A stretch of DNA of 64,000 bases from Candidatus Hydrogenedentota bacterium (GTDB lineage Bacteria > Hydrogenedentota > Hydrogenedentia > Hydrogenedentales > SLHB01), in NCBI GenBank assembly GCA_045863335.1, contig BTVY01000008.1:32001-96000 (forward strand). Direction: 5' to 3'. The notes under the pieces are model-generated. The model made no database searches. It had not been told where the DNA came from and worked only from the letters and a program-made list of their open reading frames with translations. A program made the position numbers and the translations under genes. Numbering within the stretch: the stretch's first letter is position 1; each line of letters opens with the position of its first letter. Below are positions 1-7,764 of this stretch, piece by piece.

Positions 1-203
1 TCGGGTCCGGCCATGGTGGAGACGGCGCAGTGCCGGTCGCGGCCGCGCCACCCAAAGAACCCGCGAAGTGACGACCGTTCGCAATACCGGTAATCAGGTT
101 GCGGACAGAATTGGTACAGAAGCTTAAGCGCCGCCCCTTCGTAGTGATCGATTTGAAGTCTGGTAGTGCCTTGCGATCCAATCAGACATCGGAGACCGAA
201 ACC

Positions 204-1367
204 ATGAATTGCTTATCACACACGTTACGATTGTTCCTCGGGCTTATTCCGCTGGTCACAGGATCCGCCCCAGCACAAGAAGGTACGTCGACACCAACCG
301 CCGTTCGCGGCGATATGGTCATGGCCCGTGCGGACCACGCGTGGATGTCGCAACAGATCAACGAACCGTGCATCCTGCCCAACCCCAAAGTGCCAGGAAG
401 GCTGATCATGTTCTACTCCGCGGTGTCGGCGTCGGATCGCGTCGTCGCGGCGGTGGGCAAGGCGTGGGCGGATGCGAGCGACCCGTTCACCTGGTATCAG
501 GACGAGGCCAATCCGATCTTCGGTCCCGGCGAGACCGGTTGGGATTCGAGTACGATTCGCATCGATGCGGTTCTTTACATCCCGGAAGAAGACGCCTATT
601 ACATCTACTATTCCGGAACGACGGGTGGCGTGCAGGATCACATCGGGCTGGCCATCTGTCCGGCCGGAGCCGATGGCTACACCGATGTGACGCCCGGGAA
701 CATCGTGCGCTACGGCGACGCGCCCGTGCTGGCTCCGGAACCCGCCGCGCCGTACCACGAAGACATGGCGTCCCAGTCCGCCGTCCTGCGGGAATGGAAC
801 GAGGAGGCAAACCGCTGGGACTGGTACATGTATTACTCCTACCGCGGCAAAGACGGCGTCCTTCCCGGCATTCGCCTCGCCACGTCGCAAGACGGCAAGA
901 ATTGGACGCGCCACTTCAACGAGAACGATCCACGCGGGATGGGGCAGATCTTCGAATCGGTGCCAAATGCCTATTACGAATGGCACCAGATCTTCAAAGT
1001 CGACAACACCTACGTTCTCTGTATCGAAGTCGGCGTCGAACATGGCGTCCGCTGGCGTCCGGCACTCGCCGTCAGCACCGACCCCATGACAGGGTGGACC
1101 CCGCTCGACGTGGATACGGTGCTGCAAACGAAATGGGAGGGACTCTACCGCGACGACGCCATGTACCACGTCGCCACGCCCGCCTTCTACGAGATCGGCG
1201 GCCAGTGGTATCTCTTCATCCAGGCCTGCGGCCGCCCCGCCAACGACAACTACATCGACGGCGGCTGGGAAATGTGGGGCGTCGAGTGCAACCGGAAGAT
1301 CCCGACCATACCGGGCTGCGCGGATGTGTTTATCCCCGGGCTGCCTTCACCGGCCACCGGTAAATAG
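204..1367 (+). CDS. Secreted five-bladed beta-propeller glycoside hydrolase-like protein (GH43/GH32/GH130 clan-like)
   Basis: N-terminal signal peptide; repeated blade motifs (EPCILP..MFYS, NPIFGPG..GWDS, YIYYSG...IGLA, YMYYS...IRLATSQDGKNW); GGAG 10 nt before ATG 204. Confidence 0.6.
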   Translation: MNCLSHTLRLFLGLIPLVTGSAPAQEGTSTPTAVRGDMVMARADHAWMSQQINEPCILPNPKVPGRLIMFYSAVSASDRVVAAVGKAWADASDPFTWYQDEANPIFGPGETGWDSSTIRIDAVLYIPEEDAYYIYYSGTTGGVQDHIGLAICPAGADGYTDVTPGNIVRYGDAPVLAPEPAAPYHEDMASQSAVLREWNEEANRWDWYMYYSYRGKDGVLPGIRLATSQDGKNWTRHFNENDPRGMGQIFESVPNAYYEWHQIFKVDNTYVLCIEVGVEHGVRWRPALAVSTDPMTGWTPLDVDTVLQTKWEGLYRDDAMYHVATPAFYEIGGQWYLFIQACGRPANDNYIDGGWEMWGVECNRKIPTIPGCADVFIPGLPSPATGK

Positions 1368-1485
1368 CGCGCCTGGCGCAGGGGACCAGAATGCTTGCCG
1401 CCACTCGTTGAGCAAAACAAACGCGAGGCGGAACACGCTCAGAATGTTCCGCCTCGCAAGTTCCAATTCTAGCTGTTGTGCCGCT

Positions 1486-2403
1486 CTACTGGTGCATGGT
1501 CCGGCGCAGGGCGATGACGCCCGCACCCAGGCATAGCGTCCCCAGCAAGACTAATCCGACGAGGCCCGAAGCCGGAACCGCGCCAACGTCGACTACGTCC
1601 AAGACGGCGGCATTCGAGGTTACCGACGCCGGCGTCGGAGTAGCCGAATCGGTAACGACGCACGTGTACGATCCCGCATCGCTTAATTGAGCGTTGGTAA
1701 TCGTATATGAGGCCGAATCCGTGCCTACGTCGGTTACGCCCTTCTTCCACTGGTAGTGAAGAGGTGCGGTGCCATTTACGGCCACGACGGTTAGGGTTCG
1801 ATTCTGACCGACAAGGACAGTACCGCCCACCGGGTGGGTTGTGATGGTCAGTACATCCGGCGTCAAGGCATTGGCGACGAATTGTGCCTTGACACCACCA
1901 GCGTTCGTGTACTCCTGGAGGTTGGTGAGTCCGTCACTGTCAGCATCGCCGGTCGTTCCCACCGCGCTTCCGGCGCTGACGGGGGAACCCGGCATCGCAG
2001 CTGCGAGACCGAGGCCGGTCAGCGCTGCCAAGACGTAGGCGTTGTCTCCTCGCGTGAGGCCGCCCGCCAGGATATTCTGCACGGCCGTCCCCGCCTCTGC
2101 GCCGTAAACTCCCGCGACCGCAGCCTGAACCGGGGCCAACGACGCAAGGTTCGTGGTCCACGCCGTCGATACGGCGCCGTTGGTTGGTTCGCCCGTGTCC
2201 GCTAGAATGGCCGCGATCAACGCGTAGGCAACCGAATCAACCATGCCGTCCCCATCATTGTCCGACGTGAGGTTGTACCCCACGAGGCTCAATGTCGGGT
2301 TCGAGAAATACGTGTCAAAATCGACGCTAATCTGTGCGGACGCACCGGGAGCGAAGCCGAGAAAGCAAGCCCCCAACACCACGATTACCAGAGCTTTCTT
2401 CAT
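1486..2403 (-). CDS. Secreted Ig-domain protein with IPTL-CTERM-like C-terminal sorting tail
   Basis: Signal peptide MKKALVIVVLGACFLGFAPGASA; DxDxDG Ca-binding motifs (DNDGDG, DADSDGLTNLQEY); Ig-like domain YQWKK...DAGSYTCVV; tail VPASGLVGLVLLGTLCLGAGVIALRR; AAGGAG RBS. Confidence 0.75.
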   Translation of the reverse strand: MKKALVIVVLGACFLGFAPGASAQISVDFDTYFSNPTLSLVGYNLTSDNDGDGMVDSVAYALIAAILADTGEPTNGAVSTAWTTNLASLAPVQAAVAGVYGAEAGTAVQNILAGGLTRGDNAYVLAALTGLGLAAAMPGSPVSAGSAVGTTGDADSDGLTNLQEYTNAGGVKAQFVANALTPDVLTITTHPVGGTVLVGQNRTLTVVAVNGTAPLHYQWKKGVTDVGTDSASYTITNAQLSDAGSYTCVVTDSATPTPASVTSNAAVLDVVDVGAVPASGLVGLVLLGTLCLGAGVIALRRTMHQ

Positions 2404-2773
2404 TTTGGACAACTCCTTCGTTGAACTATTGTGATGCCACTATCCCCAACATTGCTCAGTCCCCTCTAAAACCAAGTCGCACGCAGGCGGGGTTTCCCAA
2501 CCGCCCGCAGCTCTGACTTACGCAATTGCACCCTCGAGCGAGCAGAACGCGCCCTGCGAAACGACAACGACGAATACCCCCGCTTCCGACTCGGCACGAA
2601 CGAATATGCACCTGTCCGGCGTGCACGGAACTACAGCCCTGGATCAAAGGTATTTTGAAACTCCACGCCGCGGTCGAATCCACCCTCTCCCCAAGACGAG
2701 TACTTGGCTTTCAACGCGCTCCCTCTAACCGACCGGTCCTCATTCGCACATAACCCGGTCCGCCAATAGAATC

Positions 2774-2803
2774 ATAATATTCTGGGTTTCCATTTTTTGT
2801 CAA
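2774..2803 (-). promoter_or_regulatory. sigma70-type promoter (TTGACA-N18-TATTAT) upstream of the Ig-CTERM gene
   Basis: Consensus -35 and near-consensus -10 on the minus strand; implies a ~360 nt leader. Confidence 0.45.
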
Positions 2804-3140
2804 TAGGGCTTTTCGCTTATTTCATGGATACCTCATACTTGGTACTCCAGCCTTGTGGGCCATGATGGGCGATTCGTGGCTCCCGGCCACGCCGGATTGC
2901 GCGGAGACGCGTTTGCAAGGACAATGGGGGGGAATGGCTCCCGGCGGATGGCTAAACCATTTGGAGCTACAAGCACATCCAATGGATTCGGGGCCCGCGA
3001 CAGCCGTTCAAAGGCGAAGGGTCGTCATGCCGGGCGCGACAAGGCGGCAGATTTGCGCGGGAATCCTCGCCGGCCGTGGAGGGCGGGTCAATGCAGCGTA
3101 AGGGCTTTCGCCAAAGGCGATTAGGGGGGAACTCTTGAGT

Positions 3141-3872
3141 ATGAAGCGCGGTATCCCGTTTCTCTGGATCGCCGCCATCTATGGTTCTCTGGCGTTCCTG
3201 CCCCAGACGCCAATCTGGAAACTCCAAAGTGAACTCCACTGGAACTATATCGGTCACATTCTGTTCTTCCTTCCGCCGCTCGCCGGCCTTCTCCTGAACC
3301 GCCGGAAGGTAGATTTGTATGGACTGCGCACGGACCGGTTCGCCGAATCCGCCAAAGTCGGCCTGGTATTCGCCGCCTTGCTGATTACCTTCCCGCTCGC
3401 CGCCGACATCGCCTTCGGCACACTGACCCTGAGGCCCGAACTTCGCGGTCAGGTTGCCCAATCGATCTTCTATTTCCTGGTCATGGTTGGTGTCGCGGAG
3501 GAACTGCTCTTCCGCGGGTACTTTCAGGGCGAACTCAACGCCCAATTCACGAAACGCTACCGGTTCCTCGGCGCATCCATCACGCACGGATTCTGGATCA
3601 CCGTGGTCGCGTTCACCGCATGCCATATGGTTCCCGGCGTTTACATGCCGGAGGCGTGGGAGATGGTGTACGTCTTCGGAGCATCAATCCTGTTTGGTCT
3701 GCTCCGCGAATGGACCCAATCGCTCGCCGCGCCGATCCTGGCCCACTTCGGCCTGCTCGTTCATCGCTACCTCTTCGGTATGAGCCTGCCCGCAGGCCTC
3801 GCCACCGCCATTGCCTGGTTTCTCGCGTTCTGGTTCCTCGCCAAGACACTCGAAAAGCGTCAGACAACTTGA
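3141..3872 (+). CDS. CPBP family intramembrane glutamic endopeptidase (CAAX protease/Abi family)
   Basis: EELLFRG motif, FTACH and LAH histidine motifs, multiple TM helices. Confidence 0.85.
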   Translation: MKRGIPFLWIAAIYGSLAFLPQTPIWKLQSELHWNYIGHILFFLPPLAGLLLNRRKVDLYGLRTDRFAESAKVGLVFAALLITFPLAADIAFGTLTLRPELRGQVAQSIFYFLVMVGVAEELLFRGYFQGELNAQFTKRYRFLGASITHGFWITVVAFTACHMVPGVYMPEAWEMVYVFGASILFGLLREWTQSLAAPILAHFGLLVHRYLFGMSLPAGLATAIAWFLAFWFLAKTLEKRQTT

Positions 3873-4072
3873 CCCCGCAAATCGTTTGGAGTGCAGATTG
3901 CGCTGAGGCGTGACTGCTTATTCATAGGCCAGTTCTCCACAACCTGAGACCCATCGACGATTTGCGTTGCCAGGGGCAGCAATAGAAGATCCGGGCTACT
4001 TCCTCAATTTTGAGAATAGGCAGTCACGCCCCAGCGTGACCGCGCTCCACAATGGGTTATGCGCCGCGCTCG

Positions 4073-4101
4073 CATATTGCGCCATCTTGCCCGTTTTGCG
4101 A
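4073..4101 (+). repeat. Direct repeat copy 1 flanking the ParE/TIGR02574 TA module
   Basis: CATATTGCGCCATCTTGCCC (4073-4092) is identical to 4708-4727; similarity continues ~10 bp. Confidence 0.85.
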
Positions 4102-4110
4102 CGCAACGCG

Positions 4111-4404
4111 TCATCGTCGACCGCGCCAATACTCCGGCCGGCGGCTATGGTGGGCAACCGCGAGAATGCGAATGCCATCGTCATGGACCGAGTAGACGAT
4201 TGAGAATGGAAAGTGCTGAAGATTCAAGCGCCGTCTGCCATTACGCCAAAGCGCGCCAAGGCGGGGATGGCGCAACAGCAATTCGACGCAGCGCTCAAAC
4301 TCAGCCAAGAATGCCCTTGAAAAACTTCCTCCTGCATGTTCGCGATAGTACCGCGCTGCGGCCCGGAGATCTTCTTCCGCCTCCGGATGCAACGTGAACT
4401 TCAT
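4111..4404 (-). CDS. Type II toxin, RelE/ParE family
   Basis: HPEAEEDL...YY...G..F and FPFSIVY...IRILAVAHHSRRPEYW pattern; 4-nt overlap with the antitoxin. Confidence 0.85.
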   Translation of the reverse strand: MKFTLHPEAEEDLRAAARYYREHAGGSFSRAFLAEFERCVELLLRHPRLGALWRNGRRRLNLQHFPFSIVYSVHDDGIRILAVAHHSRRPEYWRGRR

Positions 4405-4625
4405 TCGAACTCCACCTTGAGCCGCGCCAATGCTTCGGGACCTGAAACCGCCGAAACCGCGCCGCTTTCAATCTCCGCGTTGCGCCGCTCCACCTCGGTT
4501 GCCCAGGCCTCTTCTACTTCGGGATCGACCTCCAGACTCGATATGAGCCGCTCGATGAGGCGAGCCCGATCGTCCTGGGACAGGTTTAGGGCTTCCGCCT
4601 CAATGACCTCGCGTGAAAGTGGCAT
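4401..4625 (-). CDS. Addiction module antitoxin (TIGR02574-like)
   Basis: ALNLSQDDRARLIERLISSL...AWATEVERR..EIESG pattern; immediately upstream of the ParE-like toxin. Confidence 0.85.
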   Translation of the reverse strand: MPLSREVIEAEALNLSQDDRARLIERLISSLEVDPEVEEAWATEVERRNAEIESGAVSAVSGPEALARLKVEFE

Positions 4626-4707
4626 TTCAATTCACCTCCAACCGGAGCACGAACAGCTCCGCCATGCTCTTCACTTCGCCACTCTTAGATATACCAGATT
4701 TGCCATC

Positions 4708-4737
4708 CATATTGCGCCATCTTGCCCCGTTCTGCTA
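4708..4737 (+). repeat. Direct repeat copy 2 flanking the TA module, overlapping the likely promoter of the UroD-family gene
   Basis: CATATTGCGCCATCTTGCCCCGTTCTGCTA; contains TTGCGC and TGCTAT promoter-like elements. Confidence 0.8.
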
Positions 4738-4748
4738 TCCCTATTCCC

Positions 4749-5837
4749 ATGACCTCGAAGCAACGCGTCGTCGCCGCCTTGAACCGGCAACCCGTCGACC
4801 GGGTTCCGGTGTTCATGTGGTTTCATCCATCCACGACACGGCGCCTCGCCGCCCTCCTCGATATCCCGCCGTACAAAGTGGGGGAGGCCATGGGCAACGA
4901 CATTGTCCAGGCCTGGGTGAACAACAACCACGCCATGGAAGGCATCGTCCACGAACGCGACGGCGAATCCCACATCGACGACTGGGGCATCACCTGGACC
5001 AAGGAAGGCGAGTACAACCAGGTCACTCATTTCCCGCTGGCCGGTCTCGATCGTGACGCGGTGCTCGCTTACGAGTTCCCGAACGACGCGCAGGAATCCC
5101 TTCTGGCCAACATGAACCGCGTGATGCCATACGCGGACGACTTCTACGTCGGCGTCGACGTGTCGCCCTGCGCCTACGAGATGTACTGGCGTCTGCGGGG
5201 TATGGACCACGCGCTCCTCGACCTCGTCGCTGACCCCGAACTCGCCGATACGATGCTCGGCCGTTGCGCCGATTTCGCGGTGGAGTTGTCGGTGAAGGCG
5301 CTGGACCGCATTGCCGTGGATTGGCTGTGGACCGGTGACGACGTGGCAGGGCAGCAATCCATGATGATGAGTCCCGACTGCTGGCGCGACCTCATCCGCC
5401 CGCACCTGCAACGCGTGGTCGACGTGGGCACGGCCAAGGGTCTGCCCGTCGCCTACCACAGTTGCGGCGCGATCCGGCCCATCATCCCCGATCTCATCGA
5501 AATGGGCATCGGCATCCTCAATCCCGTGCAGTGCACCTGCCCCGGCATGGACCCCCTCGAACTCAAGCGCGAATTCGGCGACCACCTCGCCTTCATGGGC
5601 GGTGTCGATACCCAGTACCTCCTGCCCAACGGCACCGCCGGCGAAGTTCGCCGCGCCACCGCCCGCCTCCTCGAAGGCATGACGTCCAACGGCGGCTACA
5701 TCCTCGCAGCCTCCCATACCGTCCCCCCCGAAACCCCGGACGACAACCTCTTCGTCCTGTACGAAGAAGCGGGGATTAGCCGGGAAGAAATCTTAGACCG
5801 CGCGGCTGGCATTCGGAGCAACGTAACCGTGTCGTAG
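4749..5837 (+). CDS. Uroporphyrinogen decarboxylase (URO-D)/methylcobamide methyltransferase-like family protein
   Basis: MTSKQRV..AL...PVDRVP start; DDWG, TGDD, HSCG, GGVDTQ, GGYILAASH motifs. Confidence 0.8.
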   Translation: MTSKQRVVAALNRQPVDRVPVFMWFHPSTTRRLAALLDIPPYKVGEAMGNDIVQAWVNNNHAMEGIVHERDGESHIDDWGITWTKEGEYNQVTHFPLAGLDRDAVLAYEFPNDAQESLLANMNRVMPYADDFYVGVDVSPCAYEMYWRLRGMDHALLDLVADPELADTMLGRCADFAVELSVKALDRIAVDWLWTGDDVAGQQSMMMSPDCWRDLIRPHLQRVVDVGTAKGLPVAYHSCGAIRPIIPDLIEMGIGILNPVQCTCPGMDPLELKREFGDHLAFMGGVDTQYLLPNGTAGEVRRATARLLEGMTSNGGYILAASHTVPPETPDDNLFVLYEEAGISREEILDRAAGIRSNVTVS

Positions 5838-5876
5838 AGCATGTTTCAGAAGCGCGATATCAACTTCGCAACGGAT

Positions 5877-5949
5877 GTAGCGCAGGCGTCCCCGCCTGCA
5901 TTCTTTGGGGTACAGTCCATGACTTTGCAGGCGGGGACGCCTGCGCTCC
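5877..5949. repeat. REPIN-like inverted REP doublet (GTAG/GGAG-type REP)
   Basis: GTAGCGCAGGCGTCCCCGCCTGCA (5877-5900) and an inverted copy (5926-5949, 23/24 identical); each has an internal hairpin; lies between convergent genes. Confidence 0.8.
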
Positions 5950-6005
5950 ATTCATTCCACATTTCGTGGATTGGTAAAAGCATTTTTGAAGTGCTACAAG
6001 TGCCC

Positions 6006-7544
6006 TCACCGCACACGCAGTATCCGCTTCCCTTCCCAAGTCTGCCCGAACATGTCCGTCGTCCGCACGGTCACCGTGTGCGTCCCCACGGGCGGATTCG
6101 CCGGTAACGTGCCCTTCCACATGTGATTCGTTTCGCTGGGGTAGTCCATCTTCCATCCGAAGACTTCCTCGTTCAGGAACTCGTTTTGCTCGTGCATGCG
6201 CAGGCATTCGGGATCGATGGCGCGGGTTTGCTCCAGCGCATTCCAGTCGCCGTCCTTGCCGAACTGCATCTCCACCGTGGACCGCTCGGACCCCGCGAAC
6301 ACGTTGACGAGGATCTCCGTCTCCGCGGCATTCGCCTGTTCCACGTCGTCGGGCAGGTAGATGTTCATCTGGTAATCGGCCGGACGCCGCGCGGCCTTGA
6401 ACACGACGCGGTACTGATTCCCATCGAAGTGGACGTATGAATACCCGTTCGGCGCGCCGTCGTTCATGGTGGCGTGGGGGATACCCACCTCGTCAAAGGT
6501 CCCGCACCACCAGGAGCCACACACGGTCGCGTGGACGAGATGATGGTGCGGCTCCGGACCCGGCCAGCCCATGTCTTCGCCGAGCAGGAAATTGAACTGC
6601 TCGTGCGCGTGCGCGGAGATGGTGAATGTATGCGGGTGCTCCGCGAGAATCGCGAACATCTCGTCGCGCCCATGGCAGCGCACGATGGGGATGTGCATCG
6701 TCATGACGATGAGCTTGTCCTTGGGAACGGTGGCGAGATAACTTTTCACGAAGGCCAGTTGGTCCTCCGTAAACCGCCCCTCGTACTTGCCGTCCGGTTT
6801 GAAGTACACATCGTCCATGACGAGGTAGCAGACCTTCCCGTATTCGAAGGCGTAGCTGCCGGGACCGTAGAATCGTTCGAAGGTCTCGTCGGAATGGTCG
6901 TCGCCGCCGGACCCGCGGTTGTTGTCGTGGTTCCCGAAGGTGTTGTACCAGGGCACGCCGATCTGCGCGATGCTCCCGTTGATCTCGGCGAAGAGGTTCA
7001 CGTCGTCCGCGACGATATCGCCGAGCGAGATCCCGAATTTCGCATCGGTCCCGATGCATTCCTCCACCACGTCGTGGGTGATGAAGTTCACCTCGCGCAA
7101 TCCCCGCGCCTGAGGATCGCCAAAAAGCAGGATCGAATACTGGTCCGGCTCGTCCCGCTTGTACAGCGGAAAATCAATGGAGGAGGGGAGAAGGCCCGTC
7201 GGCGCAACGCCTTTCGCCTCCAGTTCCGGCGATCCGGCCGGTTTGTGGATGTAGAAGAACTGGGGGATCTGGTCCTCGTTGACCGGCGTCATCCAGTCCT
7301 CCGGCTTCACCACGAACAGGATCGTGTCGTCGTCGACCGGCAGGGTCCAACGCCCCTCGGCGTCCGTCTGAACCACGTCCCGCCCGTTCGACACGCATAC
7401 CCCTGGAATGCCTGTTTCTCCCGCATCGCGCACGGCGTTCCGGTTCGCATCGTCGTACACCACACCCGTCGCACTGTCCTGCGCAGTTGCCGCGAGCGCG
7501 AAACCAACGGCAAGCAATGTCCCCCATATCGCGAGAATCCGCAT
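6006..7544 (-). CDS. Secreted calcineurin-like metallophosphoesterase with N- and C-terminal accessory domains
   Basis: Signal peptide; GDPQ, GDIV, GNHD, HIP, AHAH motifs; N-terminal GVVYDD.N.N..D.GE.GIPGV.VSNG; C-terminal DGAPNGY. Confidence 0.85.
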   Translation of the reverse strand: MRILAIWGTLLAVGFALAATAQDSATGVVYDDANRNAVRDAGETGIPGVCVSNGRDVVQTDAEGRWTLPVDDDTILFVVKPEDWMTPVNEDQIPQFFYIHKPAGSPELEAKGVAPTGLLPSSIDFPLYKRDEPDQYSILLFGDPQARGLREVNFITHDVVEECIGTDAKFGISLGDIVADDVNLFAEINGSIAQIGVPWYNTFGNHDNNRGSGGDDHSDETFERFYGPGSYAFEYGKVCYLVMDDVYFKPDGKYEGRFTEDQLAFVKSYLATVPKDKLIVMTMHIPIVRCHGRDEMFAILAEHPHTFTISAHAHEQFNFLLGEDMGWPGPEPHHHLVHATVCGSWWCGTFDEVGIPHATMNDGAPNGYSYVHFDGNQYRVVFKAARRPADYQMNIYLPDDVEQANAAETEILVNVFAGSERSTVEMQFGKDGDWNALEQTRAIDPECLRMHEQNEFLNEEVFGWKMDYPSETNHMWKGTLPANPPVGTHTVTVRTTDMFGQTWEGKRILRVR

Positions 7545-7571
7545 AGCAAACCTCCCTGGATCGGTTGGTCA

Positions 7572-7589
7572 TCTGTCAAGATTTTCAGT
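7572..7589. promoter_or_regulatory. Candidate operator TCTGTCAAGATTTTCAGT (CTG-N10-CAG)
   Basis: Shares AAGATTTTCAGT with the recA operator; ~28 bp upstream of the phosphoesterase start. Confidence 0.35.
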
Positions 7590-7764
7590 CAGTTTAACTC
7601 ATAGCGTCGTAAGCGCTTCTGCGCCCAGCTCCGGACTTGGCGATTGTATCAAGCCCGGCAATTGTGCTCTACTTAGTACGGTACCGTGCGTTTCAAGGCT
7701 GAAGATGGTGACGGATGGCTCTCTGGGACAAGGGGCCTTTCCGTCGATGGCAGGGAGAGGGTCA

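Noticed and set aside
209-1363. Long alternative-frame and antisense ORFs (e.g. 209-1363, 4671-5717, 6474-7604, 17626-19074, 51118-52755, 53554-55695)
   Set aside because: They are shadows of clearly recognisable genes, with no motifs, as expected from stop-codon scarcity in high-GC DNA.
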